From: the human T2T-CHM13v2.0 reference genome, Homo sapiens | DNA length: 64,000 nucleotides | Assembly (NCBI RefSeq): GCF_009914755.1 | Contig: NC_060932.1 | Strand: one strand, 5' to 3' | Shown here: positions 1-15,385 of the stretch, in pieces | Numbering within the stretch: position 1 is the stretch's first letter | How the letters are laid out: every line of letters starts with the position of its first letter | The notes under the pieces: model-generated | The model's database searches: none | Told to the model about the DNA's origin: nothing | The model's input: only the letters and a program-made list of their open reading frames with translations | Position numbers and translations under genes: made by a program

Positions 1-1304
1 TTCTTTGTTACTCAGAAAAGCTGTTTAGTAAATACACAATGCAATATTGTGCTGTAAATTGTCATTATGGAAGAATTTTTTCTCGTTTTGCTTATTTATA
101 TTTCCTAATTGTTCTATTATAACTATGTATTACACAAACACACATTGGTTAAAAAAAAGAAAACCTTAAAACAACAGGATAGGTCAACAAACTAAAAGGA
201 ATTGATTCTAACTTGACTGAGTCATTTCAATATCCAAAGAAATAATCATTGTTCACTATTTGTCAGCCAAAGAAGATTAGCAAAAAAGCCATATAGAAGA
301 GCACTGGTGGTGCCCATCCATGCACAATCCAGGGGAGAAAAAGCCTTAGCTAATGGGCTTGGATATATTTTTCATCCAGCTGGCAATCACCTAGCAAGGA
401 GATGGATATAGAAGCTGCATCTAATGAACTGTGAGGTTTGTGGACCTTTGGCAAACACATCCTCACTGGAAATGGCTACATCAAGCTGCCTAAGCTTCAT
501 GACATTAAACAGTCACCACCTCTAGCTTCCTTTGTCCTGATGCCACACCAGCTAAGCAACCTTCTGAGTATACCATATTATATGGTTTCTTAGTTACCTA
601 TTAGGAAAGAATGTCCTGGTTAAACCAGCTTAGACAGCATTTATTTAAATTAATAAACTGGCATTTAAATTTAATTTTTATAAGGGAATGAGGGAAGAAA
701 TAGGCAAAGATTCTTGACTACTAAGTCAAATTCTCATTTAGGAAATCAGGATTTTCCATACTGCATTCTATCCAATGCAATCTTGACTACTTCTCATTTG
801 CAATTCCATGTTCCTATTACGCTTATTCCCATTCAGCTGCCACTCCACACATGTATACACATCATATACTCACTCTCTCGTTGTGCTGATTTTGCATATT
901 CTTCTCTGCCTGTCCAAATCCTACCCATCCTTCAAAAACGCCTCAAAGCTCACCCTCTTCCCCTTTCCAGAAAACCTACCCGACAATTCACAACAGCAGC
1001 ACTACCCCTTTATACTGCTCTGCTCCTGTGTCAAGTCTATGAGACTTTTCTAGATGAATATCAGCTCCTTGAAGTTTTCTATACACAGCCCACAGCAACA
1101 GGTAAGTAGCAGATTCTCAAGAAGTGTTCATGAAATTGATTTCTGACTAAATTAATCCAACAGCTTCAGGGCAGGGCTTATCCTACTTATCTTGGCAGAT
1201 TGGAGGATTGGGATTTACAGTTGACAGCCCCACAACACACACACTTGCTACTACTGCCAGGCAGTTCTGAATACTTTTTAATCAATGATCTTATAAAAAC
1301 AAAA

Positions 1305-1440
1305 AGTGCAAGACTATGAGATAGATATTATCATCACTCCCATGTTCCAGATGAGACAGCAAAGCTCATATGACTGATAACACTCTTGAGGTCAGAAGTG
1401 GTACGGCTGGGATTCAGGGCCCATGTTTGTTACCTCCTGC
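1305..1440 (-). mobile_element. MIR fragment
   Basis: Degenerate MIR core in reverse orientation (attatcatcactcccatgttccagatgag...gctgggattcagggccc). Confidence 0.55.
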
Positions 1441-2289
1441 CAATTTTAGCTCATTATAATAAAATAAGGCTCATTAGAAACATAGTAAGCTAGGAAGAAA
1501 TTCTTATACTTCTTCCCCGAAGAGTACAGTCTGAGATGGAAAAGTTTGGGATGGGAAGTAAGAGACGCAAAAAGGAAAGCCTGAATCAAACAGACAGATA
1601 CTGATGTCTTCCACAGAAGACAGGTCACAATGACTGCAGTATGTGGCCAAGTAGGACATCAAAGTTTGGGGCTAGAGCTGAATTGCTCAGGGCAACAGAG
1701 GAAAGATTAGGCAATGCCACCTACATTTCCTTCTCTGCTCTTGTACCAGGTAATAAACCACCTTGCTTTTAAAGAAATGTTGGCCAATTATGTAAAGAAT
1801 ATTTATTCACAATCTCGGCAGAGGTACCCAGTCTGATCCTGGAGACAGGGGAGAAAGGGAAAACAGACAGAGGAATCCTGACTAATTTACAGTTTTAATG
1901 GGGCTCACTTTAAACCTCAGACTTACTCTTTCTTCCTTCTTTACACATATGGCAAAGAGGATATAAGGATAAAGACAACAGAAAAACCTTCCTTTTCTTT
2001 CTTAGGATTTAGGGATGAGAGTAACAGTAATTCCTCTACGTTGTATGGAAGGGCCAAATAAGAGACTGTGGTAAAGCACCTAGCTCAATACAAGGGTGAT
2101 TAACTGCTCTCTCTCCACTTTCCACCTATGTGAATACTGAATATAGCATCTCATGGCAGCTCTAGGCCTGGGATTGAAAAAAAAATTAGAAAATTTTTTT
2201 TTTCCACAGAAAAATTTCTAACTTTCAGTCTTAGCAGTACCTCTGAGTAGAGCCATCACTTATAAGTTACAGACCACACAGCTGTCTCT

Positions 2290-2425
2290 CCGTGTTTTTC
2301 CAAAAGTTTTTACTCTAACCTTCTGTAACAGACAACATTTTCGTCATGACCCAGTACATAAAAGATGCAAATATGCATAATACCCTCTATTTTCTACTGC
2401 ATTTTAATAAAAGAAATGCTAGTCA
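2290..2425. mobile_element. Left part of an ancient hAT/Charlie-type DNA transposon relic, split by the L1 (right part ~9042-9105)
   Basis: Begins cgtgtttttccaaa. The sequence right of the L1 ends tgacccattaataggttacaatctacactttgaaaagcattg, resembling hAT-MITE terminal inverted repeats. Confidence 0.4.
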
Positions 2426-3623
2426 AGAAAGAGGTCAAGATGGCCTACTAGAAGCAGCTCTCCTCTGTGGCTCCCACCCAGAGGAACAAAAACAGTGAGT
2501 GAATCCTGCACCTTCAGCTGAGGGATCCGGATTATCTCACTGGGACTAATGAGGTGGTTGGCGTGACCCATGGAGAGCAAGAAAAAGCAGGGTAGAACAA
2601 TGGCCAACCTGAGAGCCACACGGGGTAAGAGGAACTCCCACCTCCAGTCAAGGGAGGTGGAGAGTGATCATACTACCCCACCAGGGAAACCACGCTTTTT
2701 CCAAGTATCTATGCAACCTGCGGATCAGGAGATCCCCTTGTGAACCCACGCTACCAGGGCCTTGGGTCCCATGCACAGAGCTGTGCAGACTCTCAGCAGC
2801 TGCTCGGGTTGTGGACAGCGGTAGCAGGCTGGAGACTAAGATGACCAAGTTCTTGGGGAAAGGGGTGGCTGCCATCACTGTGGCTCCAATTGGCCGTTTT
2901 CTCCTGCTGATGCCAGGGAGACTGGGCAGTTTAGACCAGGAGGAATTCCCCACAGTGAAGCACAGCGACTGTGGCAGATCATGGGCTGACTTCTTTAGGT
3001 GGGACCTGATCCATCCCTCCTCACTGGGCAGGGTCTCCCCACATGAATTCCAGCAACTCCAGCCAGGGATTTAGGATAAAACTCTTGATCCCTGGGATGG
3101 AGCCCCTGACGGGAGGGGCGGCCACTGTCTCTGGTTCAGCAGATTTAATCTCTCCCGCCTGCTGGCTCTGAGGAGTCTGGTCAGCTCAGAAAAGTGGGAA
3201 TCCCCTCAGCCCACTGCACCTGTTCTGCCAAGGGGCAGCCAGGCTGCTTCTTCAAGAGGGTCCCTGATCCTGTGCCCCCTGACTAGGTGAAACCTCCCAA
3301 CAGAAGTCATCAGACACCTCATACAGCAGAGTTCTGGCTAGCATCAGGTCAGTGTCCCTCTAGGACAGAGTTCCCAGAGAAACAAACAGGCAACCATCTT
3401 TGCTGTTCTGCAGACTCCCCTGGTGATACCTCCAGGTATGGGAGGTACCCAGGTGAATAGGGTGTGGAGTGGAACCCCAGAAACCACAGCAGCCCTATGG
3501 AAGAGGGACCTAACTATTAAAAGAAAAACAGAAAGCAACAACAACAATAACAAAAAAGACACCACAAAAACCCCAGCCAAAGGCCAGCAGCCTCAAAGAT
3601 CCAAGGTAAATAAGCTCACAAAG

Positions 3624-4974
3624 ATTAGAAAGAATCAAAGAAAAAACACTGAAAATTAAAAAGAAATAGGGTGCCTCTTCTCCTCCAAATGATTGCACCA
3701 CCTCTCCAGCAAGGGCACAGAACTGGACTGAGCCTGAGACAGATGAAGTGATAGAAGTAAGCTTCACAAGGTGGTAATAACAAGCTTTGCTGAGCTAAAG
3801 GAGTGGGTTCTAACCCAATTCAAAGCGGCTAAAAACCATGATGAAACACTACAGGACCTGTTAACCAGAATAACCCGTTTAGAGAGGAACATAAATGACC
3901 TCATGGAGCTGAAACACACAACACGAGAACTTCACAACGCAACCATGAGTATCAATAGCCAAACAGACCATGTGGAGGAGAGAATCTCAGAGGTGAAGAC
4001 TATGTTGCTGAAGTAAGACAGGCAGACAAGATTAGAGGGAAAAAAAATGAGAAGGAATGAACAAAACCTTCGAAAACTATGAGATTATGTAAAAAGACAA
4101 AACCTACGACTGATTGGGGTACCTGAAAGAGACAGGGGGAACAGAACCAGGTTGGAAAACATACTCCAAGATGTCATCCAGGAGAACTTCCCCAACCTAG
4201 CAAGACAGGCAAATATTCACATTGAGGAAACCCAGAGAACCACAGTAAGATACTCCATGAGAAGAACAACTCTAAGATACCTAATCTTCAGCAAAGGTTG
4301 AAATAAAAGAAAAAATCTTAAAGGGAGCCAGGGAAAAAGGCCAGGTCACTTACAAAGGGAAGCCCATGAGACTAACAGTGGACCTCTCAGCAGAAACCTT
4401 ACGAGCCAGAAGAGATTGGGGGCCAATATTCAATTTTTTTTTTTGAGATGGAGTCTCTCTCTGTCGCCAAGGCTGGAGTGCAGTGGCGTGATTTAGGCTC
4501 ACTGCAACGTCCAACTCCCAGGTTCAAGTGATTCTTCTGCCTCAGCTTCCTGAGTAGCTGGGATTACAGGTGCCTGCCACCACACCTAGCTAATTTTTGT
4601 ATTTTTAGTAGAGATTGGGTTTCACCATATTGGACCAGGCTGGTCTTGAACTCCTGGCCTCAGGTGATCTGCCCAACTCAGCCTCCCAAAGTTCTGGGAT
4701 TACAGGCATGAGCCACTGCGCCTGGTCTCAACATTCTTAAAAAAAAGAATTTCCGACCTAGAATTTAATATCTGGCCAAACTAAGCTTTGTGAGTGAAGG
4801 GGAAATAAAATCTTTTTCAGACAAGCAAATGATGACAGAATTCATCACCACCAGACCTGCCTTGCAAGAACTCCTGTAAGAAGCACTGAATATGGAAAGG
4901 GAAAATGGTTACCAGCCACTACAAAAACATACTGAAGTACACAGACCAATAACACTATGAAGCAACTACATTAA
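3624..4974 (+). pseudogene. L1 ORF1p remnant (stops, frameshifts, Alu insertion)
   Basis: Coiled-coil fragment LLTRITRLERNINDLMELK (ORF 3771-4016). No intact start codon, and interrupted by an Alu at 4434-4727. Confidence 0.85.
4434..4727 (-). mobile_element. AluS inserted in L1 ORF1
   Basis: Poly-T followed by a reverse-complement Alu ending gcgcctggtc. The L1 sequence atattcaa|cattcttaa is split here, with tcaa on both sides. Confidence 0.95.
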
Positions 4975-5005
4975 CAAGTCTGTAAAATAACCAGCCAGCA
5001 TCATG

Positions 5006-8820
<3,815 letters not shown>

Positions 8821-9574
8821 ACAAGGAGAACCCGTGGACACAGGGAGGGAAACAACACACACTGGGCCTTGTAGGGGGTGGGAAGACGGAGAACATCAGG
8901 AAAAATAGCTAATGCAGGCTGGGCTTAATACTTAGGTGATGGGTTGATAGGTGCAGCTAACCACCATGGCACACGTTTACCCATGTAACAAACCTGCACA
9001 TCCTGCACATGTAAAATTAAAAGAAAAAAACATGCTAGTCACAAACCACTAAATTAACATAATGACCCATTAATAGGTTACAATCTACACTTTGAAAAGC
9101 ATTGACCTAGATTAAGCAGATCTAAGAAACATATTATTAATGTATCCATGTATGTAATTCAACACTTTCAGGAAAGCCAATATTTTGCTATTCCTTGAAT
9201 TATCCTCATTCAAATTATTAAAGAGTAAGTGCTCTACAAACTCTAACTTAATGACTTATAAACTGACAGAAATTTTAAAATGGAATGTTTTTCCTACAGA
9301 CTAGAAGGCTTTAGATTTTGTCTCTGGAGCTAAATAAAACATAATTTTTAAAAAAGCAAAATCGCTTGGAAGTGTTTCCCAAACACAGGCATCAATGCTC
9401 TACCTCAGTTGTTATAATCTATGGCAGGCATAGCAACAGGGCTCTGCTGCTCTAGAACCCATGGCAAACACCACTTACTAATAATACTGCTCATTTCTTG
9501 AACCCCATTGCAATCTGCAATTTCTTCTTACTCCAACCCTCCAGGCAGCTACCAAAAAACTGTAGCAAATAAGT

Positions 9575-10470
9575 ACATCCAACGCATATTTACTGAGTCC
9601 CTACTATGTGACAGGCATTGTTCTAGGTAGAGACAGACACAGCAGTAAAAATGCAAAGCATCTAACTTCATAGAACATAGATTTGAGTGAGGGAGCTGAC
9701 TAACAAAGGAATAAGCAAATACATTGGTTGCTTCAGGTTGCTCTGGGTGCTTTAACGAACAAAAGTAGGGTAAGAGGACAGAGCATAACGGCAGGAGTGG
9801 GTGAGTGCTATTTCAAAGAGGATGGCCATGGCCCAATTGTTGGTCAGGCCATGAGTGCAGAGAACAAAATCTAGTTAGCTAGCTTAAAACATGATTTATC
9901 AGGTATTAAACAGTTGATTGCTGGAAAGGTCAAAGAAAAACTTCAAGGCTGAATGTCTACGAAACACGCCCACATCCATACTTACCACTCATGGTCCACA
10001 CTCACCTTACACACCTCATATGGTGTGTCTGACGGTGGCATCAAACCACAACCAGAACCTGAGCAGCAAGAGGAGAGGGAAATATAGTTTTTACCTTTCC
10101 GGGCTCTGCAGTGGAATAAATGGAAAAATGCCTCTATGAAAACACAACATTCTTGCAGGCCCCTGATTAATGAGGAGCCAATGAAAGGAAGTGTTCCAGG
10201 TGGGTGAAACAAAAGGCTGAGAGTGGGAATGAGCTTGGTGTATTCACACAGCAGCAAGATGGCCAGGGTGGCTGAAGCTTGGGCAGTGGGAGAGGAAATA
10301 ATGAGAGATGAGGCAGGGAGGGTATTCAAGACCCAGTTCAAGTAAGTCTTGCAAGCTTTGATAAGGAGTCTAAATGTATTTTCCTAAGTGTAGAAGGATG
10401 TTATAGGATGAGGATTTTAAGCAGAGGAATAACATGTTCTGAATAACCTTTCTTAATAGACCATTGTAGT
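9575..10470 (-). mobile_element. L2 (L2a-like) relic, interrupted at ~9838-10150 by another element, possibly an old LTR
   Basis: atatttactgagtccctactatgtgacaggcattgttctagg and ggattttaagcagaggaataacatg are typical reverse-strand L2 3' motifs. Confidence 0.7.
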
Positions 10471-13400
10471 TCTATAAACTGTTCTCCATGCTTGATTTAC
10501 ATCAATAGCTTAAAAATGTACAATTTTAAAGTGACTTCATTTGATCTTCTATGGAGTAACTTTTTCAATTAAAAAAGGCCTAAAAGGTAATATTTCTCAA
10601 TCTATAACTCCCTCACGGATACAGCACATGTGTGAGCATGATCATCTCTACCTTCTCTAAGACCAAGAGGAGTAGCCAAAGGTAGCAGGCCCAAGCCTGG
10701 ACACCCACCTCTTGCCAGGCTCCAGGAAGATGTGGTTAATCAAGGGTAAGTTTTTTTCTAAAAAACAAAACTCAGACCTCTGGACTTAAAATCCTGAGAT
10801 TCTTCCTAGTTAGAAACAAAAACGAAATTAGCTTCCAGCACTAAAATCAACCTATTTTAAACAGTCTTAAAGGTTTTTTTGTTCCCGTCTCCAATATGCA
10901 ACCTAAAGCCAAAACATTTCAAACTCAAACAAGAGAATGAAATAAAAATAAAATTAACCAAATTACGTTTATTTTAATTTTTTTTTCAAAAAGTAACCAT
11001 TTTATACTAACATCCATTTGCAACGGGCCACTTTCTTAAGGAGCAGAACCACTTAAAAGAAAAGGTCAATTTAAAAATTGTTCCAGAATGGGAGTGAGGA
11101 GTTCTTGCTATAAGTACATGCCTAGTTTAGCAACTATTATGCTTCTGCCAGGAGCATTTATTACTGTTATGAGGTCACCCATTATAAATGTGGTCTGAAT
11201 GTTCTAATTTGCTTTTCTTTATACAATGTTAATGTTGCAAGCTTTTGAGCCAAAACATATTTTGCTCCAGTTAAAAAAAAACCAACCATGAAGCAAAATT
11301 GCAGAAAGGGAATCAATTTTAAACAAATTTGTTATATTATATATTTTATATGTTTGTATGTTAAATTTAATTTCTTTTACTTTCTCCAAAGCAGCCACAA
11401 TACTGGCTTTGATGAAGGGTCACACTATAACCACTTGAGTCAACTCCTGACTTTTTGACTCAGTTAGAAAGATAAAAAAGCAAAACAAAATATTCCCTTT
11501 GCCTTCTCTCCATACAGCCTGCCTTGTAATTCTTTTCACACATAAATCTGAACTATTCATTTTCTTTGTATTTCATAAACTTTTGCCTGCTCTAGCTCCC
11601 TTACGAACATTAAATTCTCTGCGGTGAGACTTGGTAAATAGAACACAAAAAATGCTCCATAGGATTAGACTAAATGCTGAAGCTGGCTCAGTGGGACTGG
11701 TGATGGCCAGCTTCCAAGACGGCACCCAGCGGCCTGCCTCTGGGACTCATGTGCTTGTGTATTGCCTCCCACTTCTGTCCAAGGGTTTAACAGTCTTTCT
11801 TCAAGCACATTCGGCAGAAATGGAATTAGTTTCACCCTGCCCTAGTGAGCCCTTGAAGCTCTGACTGTATCTTACCTCCTGGAGCAGCTGCCACACCCCT
11901 ACCCTGTCGCCATTTCCTAAAACAACACCCTCAACAAGGTTACCTTGTATGTAATAGTCTTCTACCCTCACAATCTTTTATTTTATTAATTCCTCTATTC
12001 ATCTACATTCATCTAGAATCACAGCAATATTTACCTATTTTCCCATGTTATCCATTACATGCTCAAATTAACTTTACTTTTCCCCATAGGGAATTATAAA
12101 AGAAGATTTGTAGCTTTAGCATATTATTATGTGTGTGCTTTGGTTTGTTTGTTCTTGCAGTGAAGTAGGCAGAGACAGGGATTACAAAGAGGTTAGATCA
12201 TTTAGCTTCATAGACAGATATACAGGACTAGAAGGGAATATTCAAACACAGTTATCTCAGCTTTGGGAATACTGATGCATTTTTAATACTTTACAGATTT
12301 GCTAAAACAAATGTTTAATACATTTTATAATCAGAAGAATATTAACAAAAAGTATCACATGTATTCATGTATTAGCTGTGCTTTTGAACACAGCACTCTC
12401 CTAAGACCCGAAATGTCATATAATCTGAAGAAAACCGCTAAAAACCTTTAGGAGATGACATATGGTACAAGAAAAACAGGAAATGATGACAGAAGAGAGT
12501 AGGAGGTCAAGGAAATTTTATAATTTAGAGACATTAATAATGAGTTTGAAAGTCGTTTGGTGCAAAAAAACCCCACCTAAACTAAAATGGGAAAATCAGG
12601 TTTTACAAAAAGGAGGCAATGGGGAGAGCAGAGTTCAGCACAAAAGCCAAGACAACATTCAAAAAAAGACATCACAGACCTTCAGTCTCCACTTGACTGC
12701 TACAATTATCTGTGGAGCTGTCAACCAGCTGATGTAGAGATCTTGTGGGAATAAAGCATTAAAGAATGTAAGTGATAACAGAGTTATCCTAGATCAGGAG
12801 AATGAGGCTAAAAGGAAAAAGCTAAGACAGAGATCGAAAATTAGGTGGCTGTGACTTCGGATAGTCCCGCAGCCTGCTTCAGAAGCGCTCTGCTCTGTTT
12901 GGCCAATAAACGAGTGTCTAGAAGGCACCCTGGAAGATGGGTATGAGTGGACGCCACTGAGATTGTCAAAGTGAAAAGTTTCCTGGGTACAATACACAGA
13001 GTTCCTCTAAACAAGACTGCATTCTGACCTTGACTTTTTAACTGAAATTTTAAAAATCTGAAACTGAGTTTATGGCTTGTACAAACTACTAAATCCAGAC
13101 TTTTGCTTTATTCCATGTTTTAGAGAACTCCAGAGAAAAAGAATTTTCTCAAGCCACATACACAACCCTGGCAGAAGCAAAAGACAGGTCAAGGACATTA
13201 TCTTTATTATGTGCTACTAGTCATACTGCTTTAAAACAATATTCATATTTGTATAAAACTGTATCAAAACAGATACTATAGAATCTCACTTGAACAAGAC
13301 TTTAAAAATCATTTACTCCAAATACTCATTTACTCGTTTAGCTGAGCCCCTTGTTCAACATCCTAATTGCACAACTATTCTTGAACATTTGCAGGTCAAG

Positions 13401-15254
13401 GAACCCACTATTTCCCGAGATAGTATGATCTATTCATGGACACCTCCAACTTTGAGAAAGCCTGACTTGTTTATTCTAGTTTATTTTATTTTTAATCTTC
13501 AAGTTACCTAAATCTATTCTTTAGAGCTGGTTTCATTTTAACCAGAAAGCTCTGTAGGAATATAGCATATATCTAGATAGCAAAACTCTGTATATTTTGC
13601 TTTGTCAAAGATTTTTTAGACAATAGTTCTTTTGTATATCAGGCTCTATAAACACGAAGGATTAAAGAATACCAACCAGGCCTCTTCTGTTCATAGCGAT
13701 ATATGCATCATATTTCTCATATCGAAACCCAAAAAGGTAAAGATACGTAAGTTTTCTTGCCCTTAATGCCCTAAAATGTAAAATAGAATTCCATGGGCAG
13801 TTATGACTGCCCCATTCTGACCCAACTCATTAGGGACTACTGCCATTTCCAATGTATGGGAAACTCATATATGTAGAGAAAATCTGCAGATATTCCCTTG
13901 CAAGCAGAGAAGTTGGAAAACAAAAACAAAAAAACAAAAAACCCTCAAAGCTCCTGCTTTGAATCCAAAAACATAACCATATTTTGTTAAAATGGTCATT
14001 AAAGTACCAGGCACATTCCAATCATTCCTGGCAACATGAACCACCAGATGTTTACTGGATTACACATTTTACCACAATTGGATTCTCTGAGCCTCTTAAG
14101 GTGACTCTTTGGATTGACAACACATTTTAATAAAATATCTAGGAAAAGGGTATAATTTTATTAAGTCAAGGATGAGCAATCTAAGAAACCAGAGTTAAAA
14201 ACAACAACAAAAGCAAACCTCTATCCATATCCTCAGACTACCTGGAATTATATGTGTTTACAGCAATTAACAATTGGCAAGAATTAGAAGATCTTGAGTG
14301 GGACATAAATACAAAATACATGCAAAATGACCAAAAAGTGAAATGAAAATTGATTCTTACAGAAGTACATACTGAATGTGCCAGTAAAATTAAAAGAAAA
14401 ATCCAGTGTTTAGTACAAACCCATCCTCCCTGCCTGGCCACCCCCACAGTGCTCTGCAGATGGCATACAATACCAGTCACAGGAGCGCCGATGCATTTGC
14501 TCAGTGCGTTTTAAACACACACATAATTACAACAATCCAAGTCTTCAGGAAAATAAAATGAGGTTAAAGGGTCACATTCCAAAGCAGTGATTTATTATTT
14601 GTAGTGATGCCTTAAAGGTTTTATTTTTTCCTATTTGATATCACTCTCTCCCAAACCCCAGGATCTGAGGGCAAAAACAAGCCTCTATTTAAAAAAGACA
14701 AGATGAAGAAAAAAATTCATACTGAGGAGAAAGGTTCATCTGTCAATGTGAACAAGGAGTTTACATCACTAGCATTCTACTGGTTTTCTTGGGGAAAGAA
14801 GTCTCTGCAGAAAAGCCCACAATCCACATCCCACTCGGAGCAAAGGCCCTTCTCACCCGAAGAGCCCTAGTGATTCATGTCATCGCCATCTGTCCCACCG
14901 GACACCCCTGAAAACTCACTTCTGGCTAGCAAAACAAGGTGTGTGCAATTTCTGATACTGTTTTATCAATCACTGATTTCTCTTTAAGGATTATTTCATT
15001 AAAAAAAAAAAACCTGCCAATGTTCCAATACAGGCTCCAACCAGGGGTGCTATGTAAGACTCATTTTGAGACATGCCTACAAATGTCTATCAGAATGAAC
15101 TAACTGTATCCCAAGTAACTAGGACCAAGTGCTTGAGCCACCCAAGACCAGGAACTGCTGTATTTATCCTTTTGTTTTTCCTTGAAGTTCTATAGCATAG
15201 CTGGGACCATTAAAGCCTTAGAAGTTAAAAAGATTGACGTTTACTGAGACAATA

Positions 15255-15385
15255 ATGCAATGTCTCATTTTATACATGAGGAAGGTGATATTGTATAAGG
15301 TTAGGTGACATGCTCAAGGCCATGAAGCTGTGTAACAACAAGACCAGAGATGGGCCTGGGTCTTTGGACTCCTGTTCCAGGAACC
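15255..15385 (-). mobile_element. MIR fragment
   Basis: ctcattttatacatgaggaa...ggttaggtgacatgctcaaggcca. Confidence 0.55.

Noticed and set aside
714-1109. 131-aa ORF
   Set aside because: Non-ATG start, no recognisable domain, and antisense to the host gene.
11871-11925. Minus-strand 41-nt pseudo-exon (ttttag|GAAATGG…GGAG|gtaaga)
   Set aside because: The pyrimidine tract is short and nothing else supports it. Such pairs are expected by chance in long introns.
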